Virus record (IMG/VR): IMGVR_UViG_3300022937_000008 | Location: 32,001 to 96,000 of that record | DNA: 64,000 bases | Reading direction: 5' to 3' (one strand) | DNA from: a virus | In this document: positions 7,228-16,037 of the stretch, piece after piece | How the letters are laid out: each line of letters begins with the position of its first letter | Numbering within the stretch: the first letter of the stretch is position 1 | The notes under the pieces: generated by a model | The model's input: the letters and a program-made list of their open reading frames with translations, nothing else | Database searches by the model: none | Told to the model about the DNA's origin: nothing | Position numbers and translations under genes: made by a program

Positions 7228-9480
7228 TTAAAACTGTATAAGTGATTTAATACGTTCTAATTCTTCTAGTTCTTCTGCGCCTTGTTCTTGGTGTGGAGCC
7301 ATTCTTTCTACCATTTTACGAGCAATTGTTCCAGCCTGTTCACCAAACTTTTTGTCTACCATTACTGCAACGCCTTCTGGTCCTTTAGGGAATGTGCCTG
7401 AATTTGTATCATAAAACGAATGTACAAATTTTGCAACATCTTCTAGTGTATGTTCTTCACCGTCTGAAGTCTTAAACTTAGTGCCTTTCTTAGCACCCTG
7501 TGATTTTAGGTCCTGAACTTTTTTGCTAAATTCATTACCTTCGGGCATATCATCCTGTCCTACATACTTGTAGTTGCCTTTGTCATCAAAGTCGTTTTCA
7601 ATTGTATCGATGGCAAATTTGATCTCCATCGGATCCGCTTTCTCGCCCTTGATTGCATTAATGACTTCTTGCTTGGACATCTTAAGTCCACTTTCCTTGT
7701 CACCGTCGTTGGTATAGTCTGAAATTAATTCATCAACACCAATCATTATGTCTGACATTCCGCCTTCTTTAGTAACGCCTTCTTCTGCATATGATTCTGC
7801 TTGATAACCTGCTTGTTCTAGAGCATCTAAAATTTTCTCTCTAGGAGTCATTGTATGAATTATAACGCCGCCTTGTTTGGCTTCGTCTGGTTCACAAGCA
7901 GCCTTAATACCTTTGCTTTGTAATTCTTTTTCCATTGATGCACAAGCCTTTTCATCAATGCCTCTATCTTCGTCATAGTCTCCGTCAACATAAATTGCAT
8001 GAGCATATGGCTCTGATTGCCCTTCATATCCTGATGCTTCTTGTTGTGGTTCAACTTCATCTGCACCAACTGCTGGTTCATCAGTCATATCACCGAAATC
8101 TAATTCTTCAGCAACTTCAGGTGCATTTTCATCAATCCATGCTTTAACTAAAGATCTAATATCTGCGTTAGCATCTTCTGAAGCTTTCTTTTTAATGTCT
8201 TGCTCTAATTTTGGATCTTCAATAATGCCTTCTAAACTTTGAATAGCATTAGTACCATCTACGCCTGCTTGGAATTCTTGACCCACTAGTTCATTTAATT
8301 TTTTAATCATGTCAGCCTTTTCTTCATCGTCTGCCATTACTAATGGTGATTCTTCGCCTAGTGCAGTTGCCCAGTTTTCAAATTTATCAAAAATATCTGA
8401 TTTTAATTGTTCTTCTGTTTGAGGTGCTTCAACATCCTTTGTCATTTCGACTATGTCGTCGTAGCCTACTGTTTCTTCTTCTTTCATCAATCTATATAAA
8501 ACTGGAAAGACTTCTGCAATATCCTCTTTGAAATTTTTAACTGTAAATTTTTCTTTAAATTGTTCCATTACATCATCAGGTACTTCATAACCTTGTTGTG
8601 CTGCAAAGGATTCTCTATATGATTCGTAATGTGCCTGTTTCGCTAATTTAGCAACTGTTTCTCTTAGATTATCAAGTTGCATTTTACTACGCTCAACGAT
8701 TGAATTTGTGTCGGAGTTCATTAAATCGTTTCTTACTACGTAATTTGTAAAACTTTTTAGTTGAGCAATTTCTTCACTCATCTTGATAATACTTTCACCA
8801 ATTTCATCGTATGGTAATCCACCATTAGCAACGTGACGTTGCATAGCACGAGCTCCTGCTAAATGGATAAATGGATATTTAAATCTTTCACCTGATGAAT
8901 TTTCTACAAACAACGCAGCGATATTTCTTGATCTATCTCCTGGTCTTTGTTCATGATCATCAGCTAATGTTTTGCTGTGTTTAATAATTAATCTTGTATC
9001 TTCTAGTTTTTGGAAACTTTGCTTCTTCGTTCCATAAAGTGAGCTCTCATTCATTACGTTTTCTCCGACAGGCTTAGTAATTGTATCATTGTCTGCTTTA
9101 GGTGTTGCATACTGACTTAGGAAACTGTAGTCTCTTTTGTCTAGATTGTCTTTTGTAATATCTCTAGTATCAAATGCTAGTAATCTAAGTTTTGCAAATT
9201 GACGAAGTTCTCTTAAAAATTTATACCACCCTGTTTTTTGTTTATCGTCCATACCTTCAGTAATACCACTTGAAAAGTATACTTTCATTGAATTAGGCTC
9301 AGCTAGGCTAATGCTAACATGACCTAATCTTTTGTCATTTTCTACATAATCAAAGTCAAAAAATCTAGCGTCTTCAGGGTTAATTGTAATCGCGCCAGCT
9401 GCTTCACCTAACTTTAAGCCAGTGAATCTACTTCTAATTTTGTAGAACAAGTCTGTTGATATATTACCGGTTGCATCCAT
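7228..9480 (-). CDS. Large acidic hypothetical protein (750 aa), probably virion/head-associated
   Basis: Long ORF directly downstream of the terminase gene with a TAAATA motif upstream; no recognisable catalytic motif. Confidence 0.6.
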   Translation of the reverse strand: MDATGNISTDLFYKIRSRFTGLKLGEAAGAITINPEDARFFDFDYVENDKRLGHVSISLAEPNSMKVYFSSGITEGMDDKQKTGWYKFLRELRQFAKLRLLAFDTRDITKDNLDKRDYSFLSQYATPKADNDTITKPVGENVMNESSLYGTKKQSFQKLEDTRLIIKHSKTLADDHEQRPGDRSRNIAALFVENSSGERFKYPFIHLAGARAMQRHVANGGLPYDEIGESIIKMSEEIAQLKSFTNYVVRNDLMNSDTNSIVERSKMQLDNLRETVAKLAKQAHYESYRESFAAQQGYEVPDDVMEQFKEKFTVKNFKEDIAEVFPVLYRLMKEEETVGYDDIVEMTKDVEAPQTEEQLKSDIFDKFENWATALGEESPLVMADDEEKADMIKKLNELVGQEFQAGVDGTNAIQSLEGIIEDPKLEQDIKKKASEDANADIRSLVKAWIDENAPEVAEELDFGDMTDEPAVGADEVEPQQEASGYEGQSEPYAHAIYVDGDYDEDRGIDEKACASMEKELQSKGIKAACEPDEAKQGGVIIHTMTPREKILDALEQAGYQAESYAEEGVTKEGGMSDIMIGVDELISDYTNDGDKESGLKMSKQEVINAIKGEKADPMEIKFAIDTIENDFDDKGNYKYVGQDDMPEGNEFSKKVQDLKSQGAKKGTKFKTSDGEEHTLEDVAKFVHSFYDTNSGTFPKGPEGVAVMVDKKFGEQAGTIARKMVERMAPHQEQGAEELEELERIKSLIQF

Positions 9481-9493
9481 AGTAATGTATTTA

Positions 9494-11083
9494 TCAATAT
9501 CCTCCGCTAACGAAGATCGGCATTGGGAACTGATCTTCAGTCAATCTTTCAGTCAATCTTTCGTATATTTTTGGATCCCAATCTGCTAATAGATTAGCCA
9601 TTCGTACAATTAACAATACAGCTGACACTAAATCGTCGTGTTCACCGCTTTTGGCAGCATACCCTGTACCGTGCGATACAAATGTTTTAAGTTCTGATAT
9701 AAGCGGTTTGCTGTATATTGTAAGTTTATTCTTTTCAAGTAGATTTTTAAATGAACTACACGCTGTAATTTTTGTTTTATGTGTGGTGTTAAACCCTTTT
9801 CTATAACGTCTTACGTGTCCTTTTCTAATAGGCTCACTTAAAAACAATCCTGCGAAGTTTTCTTCACCAATATCTTTAATTACAACAAGTGCTGCTTCGC
9901 CTAGTGTATTGTTTTCAACACTATAGTAAATAACAGGATTGTCGTTGCCTTTTTCTCTCATTTGTTCAGAGATATATTGACAAAGATCTTTTAAAATTCT
10001 AATTTGTCCTTGTACAGGAGTTGTATTATGACGCCATTCTGCTACTTGAGTTAGACTAGGCATTTCAAATACTTGAATAGCAGCATAGTCACCACCTGTG
10101 CCTAAACTAGGATCTAAACTAATAAGATATGTTGCTCTTGGATTAATATCTTTATACCAACGTGTTTGACCCATCGACATTACAGGTTCAACACCTTCAA
10201 GCTCTGCTAGTTTAACTGAATTAATAAGTGTTTCATCAAAGATCAAGAACTCACAATCAAATTCTCGGCGGAATCTTTCTTCACCAATCTTGGCTTTTTC
10301 TTCTGCCGCCCATGCGTCATCTCTATCTGGATGTTCTTCCCAATGTGCAAAGTAAGGAAAGAAACCGTTAGTTCCTACCTTTTGATCGTTGCCATACTCG
10401 TCGAATTTTTTATTTGCTTCTGTCCATATCATAGCAAATTGATCTTCATCTGAGTTTGGTGTTGAAGTTACAATTGCCTTACCGCCTGTTGATAGTGTAG
10501 GTGAAAGCGCAGTCCAAAACTCTCGAGCTTTTTCAGGAGGTTGCACAAACGCAAACTCGTCACAGTATATTAATGAAAGTGATTTACCACGTCCAGTATC
10601 TTCTGTTGTAGTAGTTGCTTGTATTCTACTACCGTTATCAAATTCAATAGTGTTTCTGTTATAGGTATAGATACCTGCACGAATAAAGTCAGGTAAGTTT
10701 TCATAACCGAATCTATATCTGTTCATGATATCCTGCGCACCTGTATATTTGTGTGCAGCAATTAGTACTTGTGCTTCTGGTGTAAACATACAATACCATA
10801 ATAGATATGCCGCAGCACAAGTTGTTTTACCCATCTGTCTAGGTAACATTGCTACAGTATATCTGTAATCGTGATATGCTCTTAATAATTCTTCTTGATA
10901 ACCGTAAGGAGCAAATTTCATTGAACCTTTAGTTGGGTGCTGGATCTTAATAAAGTTTTTAGCAAAGTATAATGGACCGTCAACAGGATCCATACACTTT
11001 TCTAAGTGATTTAATTCATCAATTGTGTATTTTATCTTACTATGGGCCTTCTTAATTTGAACGCCGTCTAAACTCTTTGCCAT
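9494..11083 (-). CDS. gp17: Terminase large subunit
   Basis: Walker A PRQMGKTT, Walker B IYCDEFAF, TSTPN, nuclease DPSLG and HDDLV. Confidence 0.97.
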   Translation of the reverse strand: MAKSLDGVQIKKAHSKIKYTIDELNHLEKCMDPVDGPLYFAKNFIKIQHPTKGSMKFAPYGYQEELLRAYHDYRYTVAMLPRQMGKTTCAAAYLLWYCMFTPEAQVLIAAHKYTGAQDIMNRYRFGYENLPDFIRAGIYTYNRNTIEFDNGSRIQATTTTEDTGRGKSLSLIYCDEFAFVQPPEKAREFWTALSPTLSTGGKAIVTSTPNSDEDQFAMIWTEANKKFDEYGNDQKVGTNGFFPYFAHWEEHPDRDDAWAAEEKAKIGEERFRREFDCEFLIFDETLINSVKLAELEGVEPVMSMGQTRWYKDINPRATYLISLDPSLGTGGDYAAIQVFEMPSLTQVAEWRHNTTPVQGQIRILKDLCQYISEQMREKGNDNPVIYYSVENNTLGEAALVVIKDIGEENFAGLFLSEPIRKGHVRRYRKGFNTTHKTKITACSSFKNLLEKNKLTIYSKPLISELKTFVSHGTGYAAKSGEHDDLVSAVLLIVRMANLLADWDPKIYERLTERLTEDQFPMPIFVSGGY

Positions 11084-11097
11084 ACTAGTATTTACTC

Positions 11098-11124
11098 AAA
11101 AAAATAGGGCCTTGCGGCCCTATT
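11098..11124 (-). terminator. Rho-independent terminator
   Basis: AATAGGGCC-GCAA-GGCCCTATT followed by a T-run on the minus strand. Confidence 0.85.
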
Positions 11125-11145
11125 GAATAACATAATGAAGCGTTA

Positions 11146-11574
11146 TTATGCTAATTGGAAAGTTGTTTTAACAGTACAAGTAACAGCAGTCATATCAAAG
11201 TTGTTGTTACCGTATGTAGCACCTAATGCTTGAATCTCGTCTTCAATTTGTTCAACAAGTGTTTCAGCGCCTGCTCCGTCCCAATCTAATGAATCGTTTG
11301 GAGTTTCAACTGCGAAACACATTTGAGTGTTTGTGTCAAATAAAGCACCACGAATAACAATAGTAGCATACTTGCCGATAATTTCAACCACTGCTTGAAT
11401 TGCTTCGTTAGCACCTGTTTCAGCATTTGCTGCTGCAACGAAGTCAACGGTAAACATTGTTAAATCTTTGTTACCCATGTAATCAACTGTTGTTACATCT
11501 TCAACACTATTACGATTTGCAGCAACTAGTACTGAGCTACCGCCACCGATTGTTGCTGTTAATAAGTCTGCCAT
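11146..11574 (-). CDS. Putative virion structural protein
   Basis: Ala/Thr/Gly-rich ORF in the head region followed by its own terminator. Confidence 0.55.
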   Translation of the reverse strand: MADLLTATIGGGSSVLVAANRNSVEDVTTVDYMGNKDLTMFTVDFVAAANAETGANEAIQAVVEIIGKYATIVIRGALFDTNTQMCFAVETPNDSLDWDGAGAETLVEQIEDEIQALGATYGNNNFDMTAVTCTVKTTFQLA

Positions 11575-12320
11575 TATTTCGCTCCTTTAGTTTCTGCTAA
11601 TGCTTTTTGTAATTCTGATCTAATTTGATCAACTAGACTAACTTCTTCTTTTACTTTTTGCATTGGATTGTCAGCACCAGCGACTTTAGGATGTGTATCT
11701 TTACGTCTGTTCATACCGCCTGACATTTTGTTAACCATGTAGTCGATATCTTTTTCATCTTCATCTGGTTCGTTAGCCCATGCTTCGTCTTTTTCTTTTT
11801 CATCTTCATCATCTTTTTCCATGTCATGGTCATCCATGTCATGGTCACCGTCGTCATCTCTGTCAACAGTTTTATGAAGTTTTTCTTCTTCGTCGTGATC
11901 TTTTTCGTGAGCGTCTAACTTTCCGTCATCGTCGTAATCGTTATCATCTCCCTTATCACCAAGTGCTTTGATATCAATCATATCTTTTTCGCCACCTGGC
12001 ATATCATCATTATCGCCATCGAAGTCTGGAATTAATTTATTAATTGGTTTAATAGCGATTGGCATTGGCGCTGATGGCATTGGTTCTGGAACCTTTGGCA
12101 TCATGTCTGGATTTACTTTTTGAAAAAGTTTCATCGCATCTGCAATAGCATCACCTTCAGCAGAAATAGTTAAATTCATTCTTGGCTTTTCTTCTGGTTT
12201 AGGTGGCATAGTAGGTGCCATTGGTGCTGGCATTGGATCGCCGCAAGCCTCATCTGTTGGAACATCTACTCTTGCTGTGTCAAGTTCCTGCATTTTGGCC
12301 ACTAATTCTTGAAAGTTCAT
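11574..12320 (-). CDS. Pro-rich, highly acidic protein with DxDxDG-like loops (possible scaffold or internal head protein)
   Basis: PM/PA-rich N-half; DFDGDND, DYDDDGKLD and DRDDDGDHD motifs. Confidence 0.55.
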   Translation of the reverse strand: MNFQELVAKMQELDTARVDVPTDEACGDPMPAPMAPTMPPKPEEKPRMNLTISAEGDAIADAMKLFQKVNPDMMPKVPEPMPSAPMPIAIKPINKLIPDFDGDNDDMPGGEKDMIDIKALGDKGDDNDYDDDGKLDAHEKDHDEEEKLHKTVDRDDDGDHDMDDHDMEKDDEDEKEKDEAWANEPDEDEKDIDYMVNKMSGGMNRRKDTHPKVAGADNPMQKVKEEVSLVDQIRSELQKALAETKGAK

Positions 12321-12321
12321 A

Positions 12322-12906
12322 TTAGTTACTCCCTACAGGACTTTTTACGCCTGCTTTATCTGCTTTAATCTTAGGAACATCTTGATAAACATCAGCTTTT
12401 AATTTGTCAGTCCCTAACTCTTTACGTCTTTCTTTTGATTCCTTAGAAAGACTCTTTAAAAAATCTTTGTTGAAGTCGTCACCGAAGTAATCTTTATGCT
12501 TAGGCTTTAATGCTTCTTTATATTGATTATCGTGTAAAAGAGCACCTGTCATTTTGCTATCACCAACTGCTTGATCTTCTTCGCTAGGACTTGCGCTATT
12601 ACGTACTTTGTAATAACCTGAATCGCAACATCCCATTTCGAAGATTTCTTTTTCAATTTCAGTTGTTGTTAATGGATACTCAGTTACAACATTAAAAGTA
12701 TGAACTTCCACATTTTTAAGCGTAGGAAATTCCATAGGTGATTCTGTAACTGGCGTTGTTTTCATTTTTTCAAAATTAACAACACTTCTGCTTTCCAGTC
12801 TTGCTTTTAATTCGTCAGCAAAACTTTCTGGCACGTCGCCAGCAATCTTCACATTAAAACTATATGTTTTCTTGCTTTCAGCTAGATATTCTTTAAACGT
12901 CTTCAT
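12322..12906 (-). CDS. Putative internal head protein
   Basis: N-terminus MKTFKEYLAE resembles the T4 capsid-targeting sequence; TAAATA upstream. Confidence 0.55.
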   Translation of the reverse strand: MKTFKEYLAESKKTYSFNVKIAGDVPESFADELKARLESRSVVNFEKMKTTPVTESPMEFPTLKNVEVHTFNVVTEYPLTTTEIEKEIFEMGCCDSGYYKVRNSASPSEEDQAVGDSKMTGALLHDNQYKEALKPKHKDYFGDDFNKDFLKSLSKESKERRKELGTDKLKADVYQDVPKIKADKAGVKSPVGSN

Positions 12907-12914
12907 ATGTATAT

Positions 12915-13412
12915 TTATTCCTTTTCGCTCAATTTCTTGATTAATTCATTGCGATCAAGCATAACATACCCTTTTCCGTCCAAAATATCGTCTTGATCAC
13001 CGCTGTCTTTATCTATTTTAAGTTTTTTTAATTGTAAATCAACAGCTTTTAACTTCTTATCTACCTTAGCTGCTTTTGCTTCTATAGCATTTTTCATCAT
13101 ACTACTAGCAACTTCAAATATTCTACCACTGTATCTTACTTCTACGTTCATACCTAAATCCATTAAATCGTCATATGCTTTTTCTGCTTTTGTAGACAAA
13201 TGATCTAGCTCTTCTTCTCCTAAAGAATCAAGTTCTTTAACTTGTGGTAAATCTCTTGTAATTTCTGCAACTTTGTTATAACTGTCTTCGGCGTTTTTAA
13301 CAACTTTATGATTTTCTTCGACAGCCATAGGATCAACAACAATTTCAGTAGCTGTTTCTACTGCTTGTTCTTTATCTTCTAAATTAAACAGTTCTTCTAA
13401 TTTCTTTGTCAT
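12915..13412 (-). CDS. Terminase small subunit-like protein
   Basis: Helical 165-aa protein; RIFEVASSMMK resembles the gp16 core; near gp17 and gp4. Confidence 0.55.
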   Translation of the reverse strand: MTKKLEELFNLEDKEQAVETATEIVVDPMAVEENHKVVKNAEDSYNKVAEITRDLPQVKELDSLGEEELDHLSTKAEKAYDDLMDLGMNVEVRYSGRIFEVASSMMKNAIEAKAAKVDKKLKAVDLQLKKLKIDKDSGDQDDILDGKGYVMLDRNELIKKLSEKE

Positions 13413-13420
13413 AATACTAC

Positions 13421-13861
13421 TTATCTACGTTTGGTACCTTGATAAAAAATATCTTCTTCACTAACAACTCTAAATCTAACACCTTGTTGTTTACACCATT
13501 TATTAGCAGCTTCCCACTTTGCCATATTTTTTACATATTGTTCTTGATTGTATCTGCTCTTTCCAACATTTTCTCTTAGTGTCTGATTCTTAGGTTTTAC
13601 TTCAACTACTTCTGCGTGTTTCTTTCCATTTTTATCATTATACACTATAAAGAAATCAGGAACATAAATTGTATACTTTCCTGTTAGCGGATCTCTGTAA
13701 GGAATCTTAATACTTTCACTAGCCCATTGAGAAACGCCAGGGTGCTCGTCTAGTAATCTCATAAAAACAGTTTCCCAACTTGATCTTGCAAGAGGTCTTC
13801 TAGTCCCGACATACTTCTCGGGGTTCTTCATGGTAAATCTTCCTTGTGCAAACTTTGGCAT
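13421..13861 (-). CDS. gp4: Head completion protein (TnsA-like PD-(D/E)xK nuclease fold)
   Basis: RSSWE, WASE, IPY, YVPDF, EVKP and KWEAA motifs. Confidence 0.9.
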   Translation of the reverse strand: MPKFAQGRFTMKNPEKYVGTRRPLARSSWETVFMRLLDEHPGVSQWASESIKIPYRDPLTGKYTIYVPDFFIVYNDKNGKKHAEVVEVKPKNQTLRENVGKSRYNQEQYVKNMAKWEAANKWCKQQGVRFRVVSEEDIFYQGTKRR

Positions 13862-14238
13862 TACGCCCTCACGTTTCTTTGTTTGCTCACATCAGATAAG
13901 GCTTCTCTGAATCCTAAAGTAGAAATACTAGATCTATTATTGTTTAAAATTTCTGCAACCAAAGCACTTAAATTTAAATTGTCAAATCCTTTAATCTCAT
14001 CTAAGATTTTAAAGATAGGTACTTCTTCGTACTTTGCTTGTTTTAATAAAACTGATGCTGCTGTTGTTGCTGCTGCTCTTTGAAAACCATTCTTTTCAAA
14101 AAAGTTTACCGCTGCATCGACTTCAGTAGGATTATATGATATAGGATCTTCACCATATGTATCAAAAAATAATCTAGATCTTGCAGCACTGTCTTGTACT
14201 TGTTTAGCTGGAAGATTTGAAGTTGTGTTTACTGGCAT
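13861..14238 (-). CDS. Hypothetical protein
   Basis: ORF coupled to neighbours in the tail/head operon. Confidence 0.65.
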   Translation of the reverse strand: MPVNTTSNLPAKQVQDSAARSRLFFDTYGEDPISYNPTEVDAAVNFFEKNGFQRAAATTAASVLLKQAKYEEVPIFKILDEIKGFDNLNLSALVAEILNNNRSSISTLGFREALSDVSKQRNVRA

Positions 14239-14241
14239 ATT

Positions 14242-15324
14242 TTATAATCCTTCTGGCACCATATTTTTCGGCGATGCATTTGTGCCTTCGTCGCCTGTAT
14301 TATTCTTAGGAGTAATAATACCTGCAATGCCGCTTACTGTATTAGCAATTTTTTGTGTACCTGCTGGACTTGTTAGAATATTAATTGCTTCTTGTTTAAG
14401 ACTTTCTTTCGATAGTCCTTTAATATTTCTTGCTGTATTAATTGCACCGATTGCTGTAGATAAAAATCCTGCTGGAGAATTAAATGCTGTTCCGTCACCA
14501 ATTGCACCAAACACCTGTTCTAATCCATCAAGCACACCACCTTCTCCAACGAGGTTACTCACGCCGCCACCCGCAACACTTAATGGTGAAGGTGTATTGT
14601 CGTAGTGTAGTGTAGCAAACCCTTTAGGATTGCCTTCGCTTACTGTTCCTGCTGTGTATTGAACTGCTTCATATTGCAATGTCATTTGACTTTCTGCTGG
14701 CTCACTTGATGCAGTATAATCCATACTACCGTGAGACCAAGAAGTAATTTTAGGATTAACTAAAGTATAACCTATAAATCTTCTTCTACCCATAGTATAA
14801 ATTGTTACGCTTTTAAACAACGGTGCAGTAACGTTATTGTCTAAGCCATATCTAAAATGTAAATTTTCTGTTGTTTGTCTGTATGCATTACTTTCCCATG
14901 CAGCATTAGGCAATGCTCTATCTTTAATATAGTATCCATAATATATTGCCCATAACGCTGACACTACACCTTGATTATCATCGTGGAATGTTAAGTTAAC
15001 AGGATCATAGCTAATCATTTTATAAAGAATACGTTTTCTGTTATACTGATTTAAAGTTTCAGTTTCAAATGTAAACTTAGGTAAGTCTGCGGTTTTAACT
15101 AGCAGGCCAAATTCTTCACTATGTTTTTGTGAAAAGTTTGCAGCACCGTGTGCTGACTTATCTATTTCAAATCTAACATAATAGTTAAATTTAGTTTTAG
15201 GGGCTAATCTATATCCGTCGTCAAGGAATAGTCTTGTAGCGTGTTGATAGTTCCCTACAAGTCCTTTAGGATTTGTTAACCCTGAAAAAACATCTGTTAA
15301 AAATCTTGTAAATTTGTTGGCCAT
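14242..15324 (-). CDS. Tail tube-like protein (gp19/gp54 family, possible tube initiator)
   Basis: VKTADLPKF...NQYNRKR...YDPVNLTFHDD tube-fold pattern; directly downstream of gp19. Confidence 0.7.
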   Translation of the reverse strand: MANKFTRFLTDVFSGLTNPKGLVGNYQHATRLFLDDGYRLAPKTKFNYYVRFEIDKSAHGAANFSQKHSEEFGLLVKTADLPKFTFETETLNQYNRKRILYKMISYDPVNLTFHDDNQGVVSALWAIYYGYYIKDRALPNAAWESNAYRQTTENLHFRYGLDNNVTAPLFKSVTIYTMGRRRFIGYTLVNPKITSWSHGSMDYTASSEPAESQMTLQYEAVQYTAGTVSEGNPKGFATLHYDNTPSPLSVAGGGVSNLVGEGGVLDGLEQVFGAIGDGTAFNSPAGFLSTAIGAINTARNIKGLSKESLKQEAINILTSPAGTQKIANTVSGIAGIITPKNNTGDEGTNASPKNMVPEGL

Positions 15325-15340
15325 ACTATTATTTAGCCAT

Positions 15341-15371
15341 AAAAAAAGCCCGGAAAAAATCCGGGCTTTTT
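15341..15371 (-). terminator. Rho-independent terminator after the tail tube gene
   Basis: AAAAAGCCCGGA-aaaaa-TCCGGGCTTTTT inverted repeat with A/T tracts on both sides. Confidence 0.85.
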
Positions 15372-15393
15372 AATTCTATTACTAGTACTAGTA

Positions 15394-16035
15394 TTAGCCT
15401 TGAGCAGCAGTAGCACCAGTTGTTGCTTCGCCGAGTGTTCTTTCGACAGCAGCACCAATACCAACTCCAACTCCTTGCTCTCCAGCACCCCATTGTACCA
15501 TGTTATCAAAGCGGATTGTTAGTGCAACCTGCATTGGTTCATTAGTACCATAGTTTGCATCTCCGTAATCAACGTTAGTTAGGAAACAACCGTACATTAC
15601 TTGAGTTTCAAGTACGTTTACACCTGATGGGTTGTTACCATTACCACCGTCTAATACTTCGATCTTAGTAGTAAATTTGTAGTCAATACCTGATCTTGCA
15701 GAAGCCTGTTCAACAAAGTCAAATTGTTTCTGTACCTGTTGACCTACAAGTTTCTGTACTTCTCCACTTGCATCGTCACGTAAGTTTAGAGCTAATGTCT
15801 CAAATGTATACTTACCTGCAAGGTATACACGTGAGTTGTAAATCTCTAACGGCATTTCTTCAAAACCAACTTTTGGTCTTGAAACATCAACAACTTGTTT
15901 TGTTAACTCAGTTGCAGCAGTAACTCCAAATCCTAATAAAGTAACGCGGAAGCGATACTTTAATTTAGGCATCAAGAGCACTTGGTTGCCTGCGTCTGTT
16001 GGTACTGAGAAGTTATTAAGTGATGTAATAGGCAT
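15394..16035 (-). CDS. gp19: Tail tube protein
   Basis: PKLKYRFRV, SRP, YLAGK, LNLRDD, YGCF and IRFDN; follows the sheath gene. Confidence 0.9.
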   Translation of the reverse strand: MPITSLNNFSVPTDAGNQVLLMPKLKYRFRVTLLGFGVTAATELTKQVVDVSRPKVGFEEMPLEIYNSRVYLAGKYTFETLALNLRDDASGEVQKLVGQQVQKQFDFVEQASARSGIDYKFTTKIEVLDGGNGNNPSGVNVLETQVMYGCFLTNVDYGDANYGTNEPMQVALTIRFDNMVQWGAGEQGVGVGIGAAVERTLGEATTGATAAQG

Positions 16036-16037
16036 GA

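Noticed and set aside
13421-13861. TnsA-like nuclease read as a Tn7 transposon or homing element
   Set aside because: Motifs and context match the T4 gp4 head completion protein; no other transposition genes or element ends were seen.
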